Source: Utricularia gibba
Lineage: Eukaryota; Plantae; Magnoliophyta
NCBI GenBank assembly: GCA_002189035.1
Contig: NEEC01000025.1
Span: 496,001-560,000 of the forward strand
DNA length: 64,000 bases
Direction of reading: 5' to 3'
The stretch's first letter is position 1, and each line of letters opens with the position of its first letter. This document shows, piece after piece, positions 1 through 11,100 of this stretch. The position numbers and the translations under genes were made by a program. The notes beneath the pieces are model-generated. The model worked only from the letters and a program-made list of their open reading frames with translations, ran no database searches and was not told the DNA's origin.

Positions 1-43
1 CGGAGGAGCCCCGGCCGATGACCGGACCCCGTTCCCATTCCAT
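1..43 (-). CDS. N-terminus of a MAPKKK17/18-like (NPK1-related) protein kinase, truncated by the window edge
   Basis: ATG at 43 reads MEWERGPVIGRGSS(A), matching the MEW-x-RG-P-I-IGRGS glycine-rich-loop start of plant MAPKKK15-18. TATAAATA lies at 116-123 on the minus strand. Only 14 codons are visible. Confidence 0.7.
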   Translation of the reverse strand, partial: MEWERGPVIGRGSS

Positions 44-115
44 CGCGGAGAGATTTTTCAATTGACTCCTCCAATGAATTCCGTCCGCCTTAGGTGCCCG
101 AAGAAAGGAGGCGGG

Positions 116-521
116 TATTTATAAAAGTCAGTGGTTTTGATTACGTGTACGCGAGTTCAGTTTAACAAACGTGGACCTCGCGAGCACAGAAGAATCTTCC
201 TGGCCTATTCCTCTCCCTTTACACAATTCCCGCGAATCGAGTAAACGCCGCTCCGTCGGTGACCGCCACTCGCCTCCAGAATTACTATGTTTTTAACAAA
301 ATAAAAATACTATTTTAATGAGCTTTCGGGGTGCGCAACGCGACACGTGGACGCGGGCGAAAGCCATGTAGATCTGCATCCGGTGGCAACAGCTTGTCCT
401 AACTCCTAACACGCGAACCCAAGTAAAGACACGTGAGGAAAAAGAGAGCGGTGCAACGTGGCACCCGGCGAGGCGGCGCGTGTAGAAGGTAGGTCTCGAA
501 ATGGAGGAGCCGTCGCCACGT
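116..521 (-). promoter_or_regulatory. TATA box and ABRE/G-box cluster upstream of the kinase
   Basis: TATAAATA 116-123; ACGTG cores at 143 and 169; CACGTG at 344 and 430; ACGTGGC at 456-462 (+) and 515-521 (-). Confidence 0.55.
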
Positions 522-2299
522 CGACGGCAGAGCGATGGGTCGGAGGATTCTGCCAGGTGTGCCTGCCGCCATTATTCACTCCCATATTAATTCAACACCT
601 GTCATGGTATTGTTGTACTTTTTACCATTACCACCCCTCCCTCCTATTTTCGAGTTGGCACATTTACTGCGACACCCCCTTGTTATCAAACATGTATTTT
701 TAGTTAAATATTACCTCGTGTGCTTAAGTATTTTATGAGTTTTATTAAACAAATCAAATTTCATAAGAATGAATTATAGTCTTATTCTATTTAAAACAAC
801 ATATATCAAAATATATGCAGCCCCTCCCTCCCTCACTTATGAATGGGCCTGGCCTGCCCAGACAGCGACACACCAAACTACTGGAATTAAATGTTGCGTT
901 TTCAATTTGTTTGTTTTTTAATGGTACAAGATTCACATTGTACTGTCTGTCAATTATTGTGTTAGGACACGTGACATGGCATGTGTGGGATGAATGAGCT
1001 ACGCTACAGCTTGGTGGTGTTATAACTCTGTAGCACTGAATGGGGAGGTCGGCCCTAAAATCCGGTGGCCGAGAATTCAAGTTGAGGGGGGAATCTCAAC
1101 GTGCACCATGCTATCCTATCCTATCGCTGCTATTTTCTTTTGTTTCACATAATGTCAATTGTTTTGTAATTAAAATATAATTTTAATGACGTAAAAATTT
1201 TAGTTTTACTCAATCAAACAGTTTTAAAATGTGGGTCGGGGTCGGGTCACCAACCCTCCTCGCCCTTTGAACTTTTCAATAATGTGGGCCAGAAGTCCCC
1301 AGGAGGGTGGATATGGAACCTGTAAGAACCTTCCCGTTTCCTCTCCCCCCCAACTCGACCCACTTCGTTGACCGCTGACTCCACCCAACTGGGCCCGACC
1401 TGCGGTTGACCGGCTTCAGAAGGGTGGCTGGTTGGGCCATTATGGTTCGATCCAATTACTTTATTATTGGGCTTCGGCCCATTCTAAGGAAAAGGGAACC
1501 CCACCCTCGTTTTTTATTCGGAATTAAATATTATTATTATTTATTCCGAGTCGGCCGCGACATCGAGAAGAAGCACGTTGTGCGGTCGGAATGAGTCCAT
1601 TTACAGGCCACAAAAATAGGGGGGTGGGTCTTCTCGTGCTTCCAGGACCACCATATAAAATAAATTACAAAGGCGTGGCCCAATTTATTCCAATAATATT
1701 AATAAAGTAATCAATTAATTAAATGTGGTCTTGAATCCCACGCCACTCCCCTTCATAATTTCATTTTACTCAAGAAAAGTGTGACAAAATTGAGGCTTTG
1801 ATTGCAGCAGTGTGTTGCTCATGATTAAAATATTAGGGTCGCCTTTGGTGGCCTATAAGATTATAGGGTTCATTTTGATTACCATCTCCTCAAGAGCACC
1901 ACAAATTCTAGGCATAGGGCCGTACGTTATACGTAATTTAATAATTTAAATATTTTATATAATTTATTTGTAAGTATTTTTACCCAGGGCATGTAAATGT
2001 TGGTTTGTCTACATACGGTTAATTTCTAATAATCGGCTGCCAAATTTGTAGTGCGGTAATAAAATAGGGATGTCCCTGGGGCCCAATTATTAAAACGTAG
2101 CTTTCAGTTACCTGTCCCTGTTACTCTGGCGGGCTGGCCCGGCCCGGCCCGGCCCGTTGATCGTCTTCTTGCTTCCTTTTAAAGGGGTGGGGTGGTGTCT
2201 CTTGTTTGCATCGCGCCTGCCTGATCTGATCTGCATTTGCATCCCTGTGGGATCTGGTTTGTTGGGGGGTGAAACCCGGGGGCGAAGTTGTCGACAATC

Positions 2300-2473
2300 A
2301 CGGCTATTTTAGGAGAAATCCGTCCTATCTTGCATGTCCGGAAAGTACGACGCAAGGGTTGTATAACCGAGAGCAACCCTTCGCCGCACGGAGGACGTGG
2401 AGCGTTGCCATCTGAAGGCGGCTGTCCTTCGGATCTTCTGTTTCTTGCCGGAGGCGGTCGTTTTATCCTCTAG
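2300..2473 (+). CDS. Conserved non-AUG (ACG) uORF of GGP, 57 codons
   Basis: ATC-ACG context at 2297-2302. The peptide ends PSPHGGRGALPSEGGCPSDLLFLAGGG, the motif of the ascorbate-feedback uORF of GGP genes. Stop at 2471-2473, 44 nt before the main ATG. Confidence 0.9.
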   Translation, partial: TAILGEIRPILHVRKVRRKGCITESNPSPHGGRGALPSEGGCPSDLLFLAGGGRFIL

Positions 2474-2517
2474 AACGCCTCCCTCTCTACGTTCCTCGTA
2501 CATACGTGTAGTTGAAG

Positions 2518-4384
2518 ATGATGCTTAGGATTAAACGGGTTCCTACTGTTCTTTCTAATTACCAAAAGGATGACGCTGAGGACGGCGGCTGCGGCCGCAA
2601 TTGCCTTCGAAGCTGCTGCCTTTATAGTCCGTATTCTATCTTTTTTATTTGGTTTTTTTATATATATCTTGGCTGCTTGTTAATTACAGCGTTCTCTGTT
2701 TTGATTAGAGGCGAAGCTGCCTTTGTATGCTTTTAGGAAGGTGGAAATCGTTGATAATGAGAATGGTTCTGTCGCCTGTGAAAATGAAAACCCTCCGGTG
2801 GATTTCCTGAATTCCGTTGTGCTGGCTGAGGTAAAAACTCAATTCACAGAGTCGTTGTTGTGATTTAGGTAATCACTGATTGCTTTTCTCTTATGCTCAG
2901 TGGGAAGATCGTATGCAGAGAGGTCTCTTCCGCTACGATGTTACTGCATGTGAAACCAAGGTTTGTTTTTCAGTTTGATATGCTTAGTTATTCGCAAGGA
3001 AAAAGTGGATGTTGTTATTTGCTTAGTTGGGTAGGCTTGTGTATTATCCTGCTGATTGCTGACGTTAATAGAATAAGAAAGGTGTCAACCATTTTTAGTC
3101 GGTGTCATGCCTGCGTCCTTTTCATGCTTTGTAACAGAAAGGTTGTTTTTTTAGAGAAAAGGGGAATCTTGATATGTGTCTGGTGGTCTTGTTTCGAATT
3201 CTTAGTGGTTGATTGCAACTTTTAGGTGATTCCTGGAAAGCATGGATTTATTGCTCAGCTGAATGAGGGAAGGCACCTCAAGAAAAGGCCGACTGAGTTC
3301 CGTGTTGACAAGGTTTTGCAGCCATTTGATGAGAACAAATTCAACTTCACCAAAGTTGGCCAAGAAGAGATTCTCTTTCAGTTTGAGCCAAGCGAAAACA
3401 ACGTTGCTCAGTATTTCCCTAGTGCACCTGTAGATGGTGGAAGCCTTCAGAATGTCGTAGCCATCAATGTATGCAGTTTTTTTTTTTTTTTTGTTTCTCA
3501 ACCTAGCTAGCATTTTCTTATGATGCATATAAACCTTACAGGTTAGTCCTATTGAATATGGACATGTGCTCCTTATTCCTCGGATCCTTGAATGCCTCCC
3601 CCAGAGGATTGACTCTGAAAGCTTCTTAGTTGCTCTTCACATGGCTGCAGAAGCAGGGAATCCTTACTTCCGTGTTGGTTATAATAGCTTGGGTGCATTT
3701 GCGACTATCAACCATCTTCACTTTCAGGCGTATTACCTGGAGGTTCCTTTTCCCATTGAAAGGGCTCCGTCGAAAAAGATAGCCACCACGGCTAATGGGG
3801 TGACTGTATCTGACATTCTCAATTACCCTGTCAGATGCCTCATTTTCGAGGGTGGTAACTCCCTCAAGGATCTGTCCAACACCGTGTCCTATGCATGTAT
3901 TCACTTGCAAGAGAACAACATCCCTTTCAATGTCCTCATTGCAGATTCTGGAAGGCGTATCTTCCTCATCCCCCAGGTCAGATTCAAGCTCGTAACATTA
4001 ACTTTGACTTCTGTTACATTAGGAGACATCATCTCACTATGTGAAATGGAACAGTGCTATGCAGAGAAGCAGGCTCTTGGGGAAGTGAGCTCTGAGCTCC
4101 TCGATACGCAGGTGAATCCTGCTGTATGGGAGATCAGCGGGCACATGGTGCTGAAGCGCAAGGAGGATTACGATGGCGCAACCGAGGAAAAGGCATGGAG
4201 GCTCCTTGCCGAGGTATCCCTGTCTGAAGAGAGGCTCCAAGAAGTGAAGGAACTCATATTTGCAGCCATCTGCAATGAGACTAACGCTGAAGCTTTCGCT
4301 GATGCCCCCACCATCACTCCACCGTCCCACGACAGTGTCGACGTTCTCCCCAGCCCCCGAGCCAAAATGACCAGAGTCGCATAA
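2518..4384 (+). CDS. VTC2: GDP-L-galactose phosphorylase (ascorbate biosynthesis)
   Basis: Exons approx. 2518-2626, 2709-2830, 2901-2960, 3226-3468, 3542-3976, 4055-4384. Motifs MLRIKRVPTVLSNYQK, WEDRMQRGLFRYDVTACETKVIPG, HIT-like HLHFQ, QVNPAVWEISGHMVLKRK. Confidence 0.97.
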
Positions 4385-5523
4385 TACTTCCTACAGACGC
4401 TGCTGCAATGAGATCTCAGAAGCCTTCCCGTTCTGGGTGCTTCTGCCAGCCATTATCCCAAGATCTAGAAGAAGTCTTTCCCTTTGTTTATGTCTGTCAT
4501 GCAGTGCCAAATGTCTACTGTTCTGTATGCTACTTTCCTCGCATTGTCTTGTTTGTAAGCTCATCAACGCTGTGCAAGTGCCTGTGGTTGGCATCGCATC
4601 CATCTTTGACTTTTTCTCTATAAATATGTGATCGGTTTGAAATTCGTCTTAACTTGGGATAATCGGGTGACTTTTCTCGGCAACGCTGTCTAAAGAGAGT
4701 TAGATGTTGTGTACCCAATCCTCATAGTCAACTCGCTCGCTAACAAAAGAACCGATCGTCAGACAAAAAATCTTAACAAGTTGACCTGCCAAAAGGTTTA
4801 ATTTTGAAGCCACTTCTTTACCGATTCTTTCCCGCGCTCAGACTGTTGGTTTGGACTCCTGCGCTCCCCTTTCTTTCGTCTTCTAGGGTTCGTTTTCCCA
4901 CCCAAATGATTTCTTCACGTGGGTCTTGGGCAACTTGCATTGGGAATCAGTGGGAAGAGGAGGGCGATAAGGATGCGTCGGAGAGCTCTGTGCGGAAAGG
5001 GATCAAAGTCCGGGTTCTGATGAGGACGTGAGGAAGGTGGCTGCCTGAGATTTTTCATCTCAGTCGCGCGGTCCGGAATCAATCCTGCTTTGCGCAGGGC
5101 TAGCACAACGAAACTGGCCGGAAAACGGCGTTTCATGTGAATCCCACAGAGTTCATTTACTTCGCGCAAACCGTCAAAACCCTTTTCCGATTTCTCTGCG
5201 AGACGTGGCAGAGTAATTCAGTTTTTCTGCACGCAGTGGCTGTCGCTGTTGAGGTGAAGAGTTGGGCGTTGCACTGCAGAAAGAGTGCAGATGCTTTGAT
5301 TCCACAAAATGGACAAGGGAAATTTCAGATACTGGCTGAAGAATGTGAAATTATTACACACAGACAGGATTTTAACATTCGTACAAGTCGATGCGTGCTA
5401 GTTAGGACTCAAAAGGTACAAACATCTAGAGGGGCTTGCTTGTGATAACTAGCAGTGATGGGGGAGTGGAAAAAGGGATAGAACCGTGGAACTTGTGGGT
5501 TACCCGTCTGATGATGGTGGAGC

Positions 5524-8085
5524 TCATGGTGTGCTTGGAAGAGGATCGGTACCAGAAATGTGAGATGCGGCATCCTCTTTTGCGATGGCTACATAGTTCA
5601 CAGGAGCGGCAGGTCTACTGTCTCTCCTCCCATCTCGGCTTATGGATTTCGAGCCATTGTGAAGGGAAAGCCGCCGGGCAGAGCTACCATTGGCGCCTGT
5701 GCCGTTGGTTCGTGGTCCAACAACTTTCTTTGTGGTAAGCTGTCTGGCTGGGCTGGGAGATGCACCGAATATGGATTCCTGCTCTTTGCTCATCTGTTCC
5801 TGAAACTTTTTATGATCCTAAAATCCACAGGTGGGAGTAGAAGTTTAGTTAAGGCAGTGATGTGGGAGCTAATAGGAACCGCAATCGTTCATTGGGAGTT
5901 GCACCAATTACCCTCATTCTCTTCTTCTCCTCTTCTCTATCCTGCCTTAGTAATGTGTATTCATCTAGCATGGCAAGGAGGGGGACTCCATCATAGACGA
6001 ATGTAAGACCACGATCTTGCTCCCATGCACGAGTTTTGGCAACCAGGCTGTCGACCAGAGCTTCAGGGAAGAAAAGGAAAAGAGTTGCTTCATTTCCATC
6101 TTTTCATTACACAACAGCAGCTGAAAAACTTTAATATCTATCAATTCATTAGTACCTGGAATTTTGTTAACTAGTAATCTGGCCTTTTCTGCTCTCTTAA
6201 GATTCAGATGTGCACCGCGGCTGGCATTGTACCTATTCTCATCCTGTTGAAAAGTATATTTTGAGAATAGGCACTGAACAAGTCGATAGAGAGTGGATAA
6301 GTTACCTGATTGTAATCCTCAAGCCAGCTTTCTTCTTCACAGGCAGACATCCATTTCTCTACCTTATCTAATATCTCTTTCCTACTAACAGCCTCTTCTT
6401 TTGCATTTGCTATCTGGTTATCCATATCAGCCAAAAGCTCTGCGGGTTCCACGTTTCCTGAGTCTATAAGTGACAAAATTTTTTCGCGTGCTGCCTCAGT
6501 GTCAATCTCTATGTGTGCATGAGCATATATCTGCTCAAGCTCAGATTGTCTTTTAAAAGCTATTTCCTTCATTCTGCTGGCCTTAAGCTGATCGAGCCTA
6601 TCAACTTCCACCTCAGCCTTCAAGAAGGATGAAATTATTCCATGAAGTGATGGATGATTCAACTATGTTTTTGAAATTACCTGTTCAATGAGATCTAAAG
6701 CCAGTGCCCCAGGGATAGTAACTTCATTTACTGAAGCTGAAATATTACAAGTTACATGATCAAATAGGCTGCGCTCCTCTGTGGAAGTGTCCATTAAGTT
6801 CCAAAGATCAACCAGCTGAGATGCCAAGTCTTGAAGCTGTGGAGGGACACAAGTTAAAGCATTCGACGTACGATTCTAGGATAGAGAATGAAGATAGCGC
6901 GTGGTTCATAATGCATCAAGAGGATAGTGATAAGAATAATCTGACAGGGAAATGGAAACTAATTGCTTATGGCTCGTGTTTCACCAACGAAGAAAATGCT
7001 TCTAAATTATAAATTGAACAAGTGTTTATGAAGCTACCTTTTGCAATCTTTGTTTCTTTTCTTCCATCAAAGACAAAACGGTCTTGGCCAGCATAGCTAA
7101 TGTTGCGTTGCTGATGCTTTTTGACTGCACATTGGTACCATCATTTAGACTTGGGTGCACTCCTGTGATGGTTGTCATGAAGTCCAAGCCCAGGACAGCA
7201 CATAGATCATGCACTGTGCTGACAAATTCAAGAACCTTGTGCAATCTGTCACTCTGGGATGCCAAAAATAAAGTGATGATAAGCCTTCAAAACCAGAAAA
7301 ACTAGAGAACCTAAATGCAGACGTCATTTCACCTTCTCTTTTTGAAGTTCTTGGAGCTGAGCATGAAATTCCTCTAATTTCTTCAGGGACAGGTCAGAAT
7401 CGTCAACTATTGGATTCACAACCACGTCACTTGTTCCTGAAATCTCAGCGCTTATCTTCAGTATTTGAGACTGAACGTTGAAAAACTCATTCACTCGCTC
7501 ATCCTTTTGTTTGCAAAGTTTTTTCAGTGCTGGAGCTATAGCTTCGAGCTGTTCCTTGATTGTTCCTGTTGTCTTCTCTGGCTGTTCAAAGTAGGCAGTG
7601 AAGGAAAAATGAGCTCAACCAACGCATACACCATCCATAACCATGCATTTCACTTTTGAATGCCACTAACAGCTCACTGTCACAAATGTAATCACTCTAA
7701 ATAACGCATACTCGCACTTTTTCCAGTTACTTACAATTCCTCCATAAGTCTTCTCTCCAAGAGCGGACAGGAGATTTGTGAGTTCAACTCTGGAATCAGC
7801 CAGCGCCTGGAGTAAGTGGGCTCTGGATTTCACAGCCAAGTCAACTTTCCGCTTGTACAAATCCAAGCACTCCTGTTCTAACTGAAGGAGCATTTTGTCA
7901 CGCTCTTCATCGGTTTCACCAACTTCATCCCAAATTTGCTGCATTGCATAGACAGGCATACCGTAAATGCATTAATGTCCTAGAAGCCGGATTTGAAGAT
8001 AATGGTGTGTTACCTGCAACTGTTGCAATAATGTCCCGCAAGTTACTTGGCCAAGATGGGGATTTTCAGCTTCTGTTGCCGCCAT
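5524..8085 (-). CDS. MAP65: 65-kDa microtubule-associated protein (MAP65-1/2-like)
   Basis: Multi-exon. [72 protein letters not shown]-terminal RRLSL...[12 protein letters not shown]...STP*. Confidence 0.95.
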
Positions 8086-9589
8086 AACACGCTCCCTCTA
8101 ATCAATCCTGCGTAAAAAACCGTACAAAGCCTAATAGTCGGAAATGTACCAAAATAACTCACAAGAAACACACACTGGAGAACAAACACACCCCGTCAAT
8201 CCGGAAACACAGTCAACAGTGGCCACCCGGATACAACTTCACAAGATCTCGGCAACGAGTGCTCTAGGGAATGAAAAGAACTTCAATCTAGGCCCATGCG
8301 GGGGCTCGGATTAGACACTAGGGTTCTCTCCTTGAACGAAAAGAACCTCACACAGAATCTCTTCACTTTCCCTACTCTAGTCACCCCCCATTTCACCACC
8401 CTTCCTCTTCCCTCCCCAACCCATTTCTCAGAACCAACACCACAGAAAGCGAGACACCAAAAATATCACGCGCATTGGCGATTAAGAAACGAAACCGGCG
8501 CTACATTGCCTCACCTGATCTCCTCAAGATTGCGCCAGCCGTGCTCCCGAAGCCTCTGGCCCAGATCTAGGTCGTCGTCCTGGACGTCAGTTGGAAAGGA
8601 AAAGTGGTGAGTGGCAGTGTGAGCATAGAGAAAATGCAAGATCTTTTAACTTCTCTGCGGTATTTGACGGTCAGACCCCAGTTCCAAAACGTCGTCGTCG
8701 CGAGGGGGGCGGACAGTTGTAGCCTAAATTCTTTCCCGTGTCTTTCGAGATAAACCAAACCACGGATTCACGCGCACAGTTGTTAGTTAGTTATTACACT
8801 TTTTTCTCAAAGGATAAGAAACCTGATTTTCATGGTAATCAGTGTTAATTAGCACTTAATTAATACCAGGAATTTAATAAATGTTTCTTTTTTTTATATC
8901 AATTTTATTTTTCAATGCCGAGAGAGGACTCCGGCGAAAAGCCTCCGGGCGGCAGAATTCCTCCATGCCGCCGGCACCTATCTCTGTTCCACCGCGAAAC
9001 TCCTTGGTCTGCGTATGCTCCCGAAGTACAGTCACGGCAGCATCCTCTCCGTCAGACGCCCGGAAAACCCTAGAAAAGTGATCATGAAGGGGATTTATGA
9101 TCCTGCTCCTGAAGATCAGCAATGCTTGCTCGCTGAAGATCAGTCCGTGCGTTACTGTTTCTTGTGGTTCAGAGAAACGAACTCAATCAATCCTTCAAGC
9201 AGATTGTTAAGAATACAAGATGCAATCAATCAGAGGATCGCTGAAGTTCAGATGGATTAGATGCGGAATGGCGATTCTGGTGGAGCCACGTCGCTTCTTG
9301 GGATGGTCGATAACACCAGTTTGGGAGATTCCAGTTCATTCCAAATCCTTATCTATCATCAATCAATCTCCAGTCTGTGTCTCATCTCTGCATCGGATGG
9401 ATGCCGCCTGCAAGTCTCGAATGAGTCCAAAACTGTGATTTACGAGATTCTCTACAGTGGCTCCCGGAGTTGCAGTAGTCAGAATCATCAGGCTGCAACA
9501 ACCTCGAAAGCATCACGGAGAAAACGACGTTGTATCGCGCTACCCAGAAAGGAACCCAGCCAACGGATAACTCCTCCGGCGCGGGAAAC

Positions 9590-10175
9590 ATGGAGGGGGT
9601 TGCATCCAGACAGGGGCGCTCTTCCTCAAGGTACGCTCTCTTGGGACCGTCGCCGCCTTCCTTCACCAGGCCGGTTAGGAAATGGAAGAAGCAGTGGGTG
9701 CGTTCTCAGGTAAGCATCGGTAACAACAAAAAGCCACCTCTACTCTGCCGCTGGGTGCCGCTCTCGGCTGCTGACTCCACCGTCGAAGAACAGAACCCCC
9801 GCCGCTTCCGTTATGTTCCGGTGAGCATACGAACTGCTAGTCTAGTTAGCTACCCATTTTCTCCTCATATCTTCCATTGCAATGAGCCTGTATTCTGCAG
9901 ATTGTTCAAATTGAAGAGAAGAGGAAGGGGGCACACTAGCTCCACCTTCCAGCGATGGCACAAACATGAACACTGAGAGCATTGGAGTGACAGAGACAAA
10001 GGGAGATTTCTCAACAGCCGTGAGTGCCAATAGATCACATGTTTGAAACTACGCAACAGGTTTGAAACTCCACATTTCATTGCAGCAAAGTGAAGAGCAA
10101 GCAGATTCAAGCAAAGTTTTTGTCCAAGCCTCACGTTCTGAGCAGAATAGATCAGCCTCATCGGAAAAACTGTAA
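9590..10175 (+). CDS. BCL7-domain SWI/SNF subunit (BDH1/BDH2-like) with an apparent 1-nt frameshift in exon 2
   Basis: MEGVASRQGRSSSRY...PVRKWKKQWV...LLCRWVP...PRRFRYVP resembles Arabidopsis At4g22320/At5g55210. Exons 9590-9820, 9901-10019, about 10086-10175. As written the ORF stops at 9937-9939. Confidence 0.8.
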
Positions 10176-11100
10176 TCTTTTCCCGTGGGAACCAACGGAG
10201 AAACGACGTGTTTACATTCGCCTGTAGCTGTGTACAGAATCTGGTGGAAATATCACTTCCATATGTAAATGTAATTGCTTTTCCCTAGCAAAGCTTCTGA
10301 TTTCCCACATTGATTTCTGGTTAGATGATCTTCCTCCTCTTGCTTCAGACAGAACAATTACCAAACATAACCCATAGATTTTTCTCATCACGAAGCAGCA
10401 GAAATCTTGAATATGCACAATGTACACTGGTGATCATTAAAAACCCTCCGGCGACAAAGAGATGGAGGTCGAGAGGGAGGAGTTTTTGATATGAAGAAGA
10501 GAGGATGTCATATAACGACCCTGGCGACGACTCACAGTAGCTATTGCACTCACCTGGTACCAAATCCAGGAGCGGCGACGGCTCGGACATCTCCGTGTGC
10601 TGCTCATCCCCCAGAGGCGTGCCCCCTCGGCTGCATTCCCATTCTCACACCATGGAACCTGACCTCCTTGGGAATCGCTGATCCCTCATAGCCGTATTCT
10701 TTACTCACCCCACGGAATCGCTGATACTTCGACAATCCCGACCTCCTGCAATTGCTTCGCCGCCGCTCTGCATCGCCTCATGGCCAAATCCCATTGACCA
10801 AGAAGGAACTTATCAAATCAAAGCGCTATTTCAGAATCCATTCGTTACCAGAAACAAGAACAAGATCGAAGACAGACCCCCCCCCCCCCCCAGACAGCAG
10901 GAAACAGAGCTCGTAGTTAGTGCCGCGTGTGACAGGATCATTACACGTAGATCAGTAAACTTTAGTGATAATTTAGCATATCAGTAGAAGAGGACCGTTT
11001 GATTGGGCCTGACAAGGGAAAATGAATGCACAGGCTTCAAAAGTTGATTCATTTACAATGCCAGCAGCGGGACAGAAAGAATGCACCTAACTGGGAAGTT

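Noticed and set aside
9015-9713. ORFs upstream of and overlapping the BCL7-like gene, with three CTGAAG(A/T)TCAG repeats
   Set aside because: No recognisable domain; likely 5' leader or intron. A conserved uORF cannot be supported without alignments.
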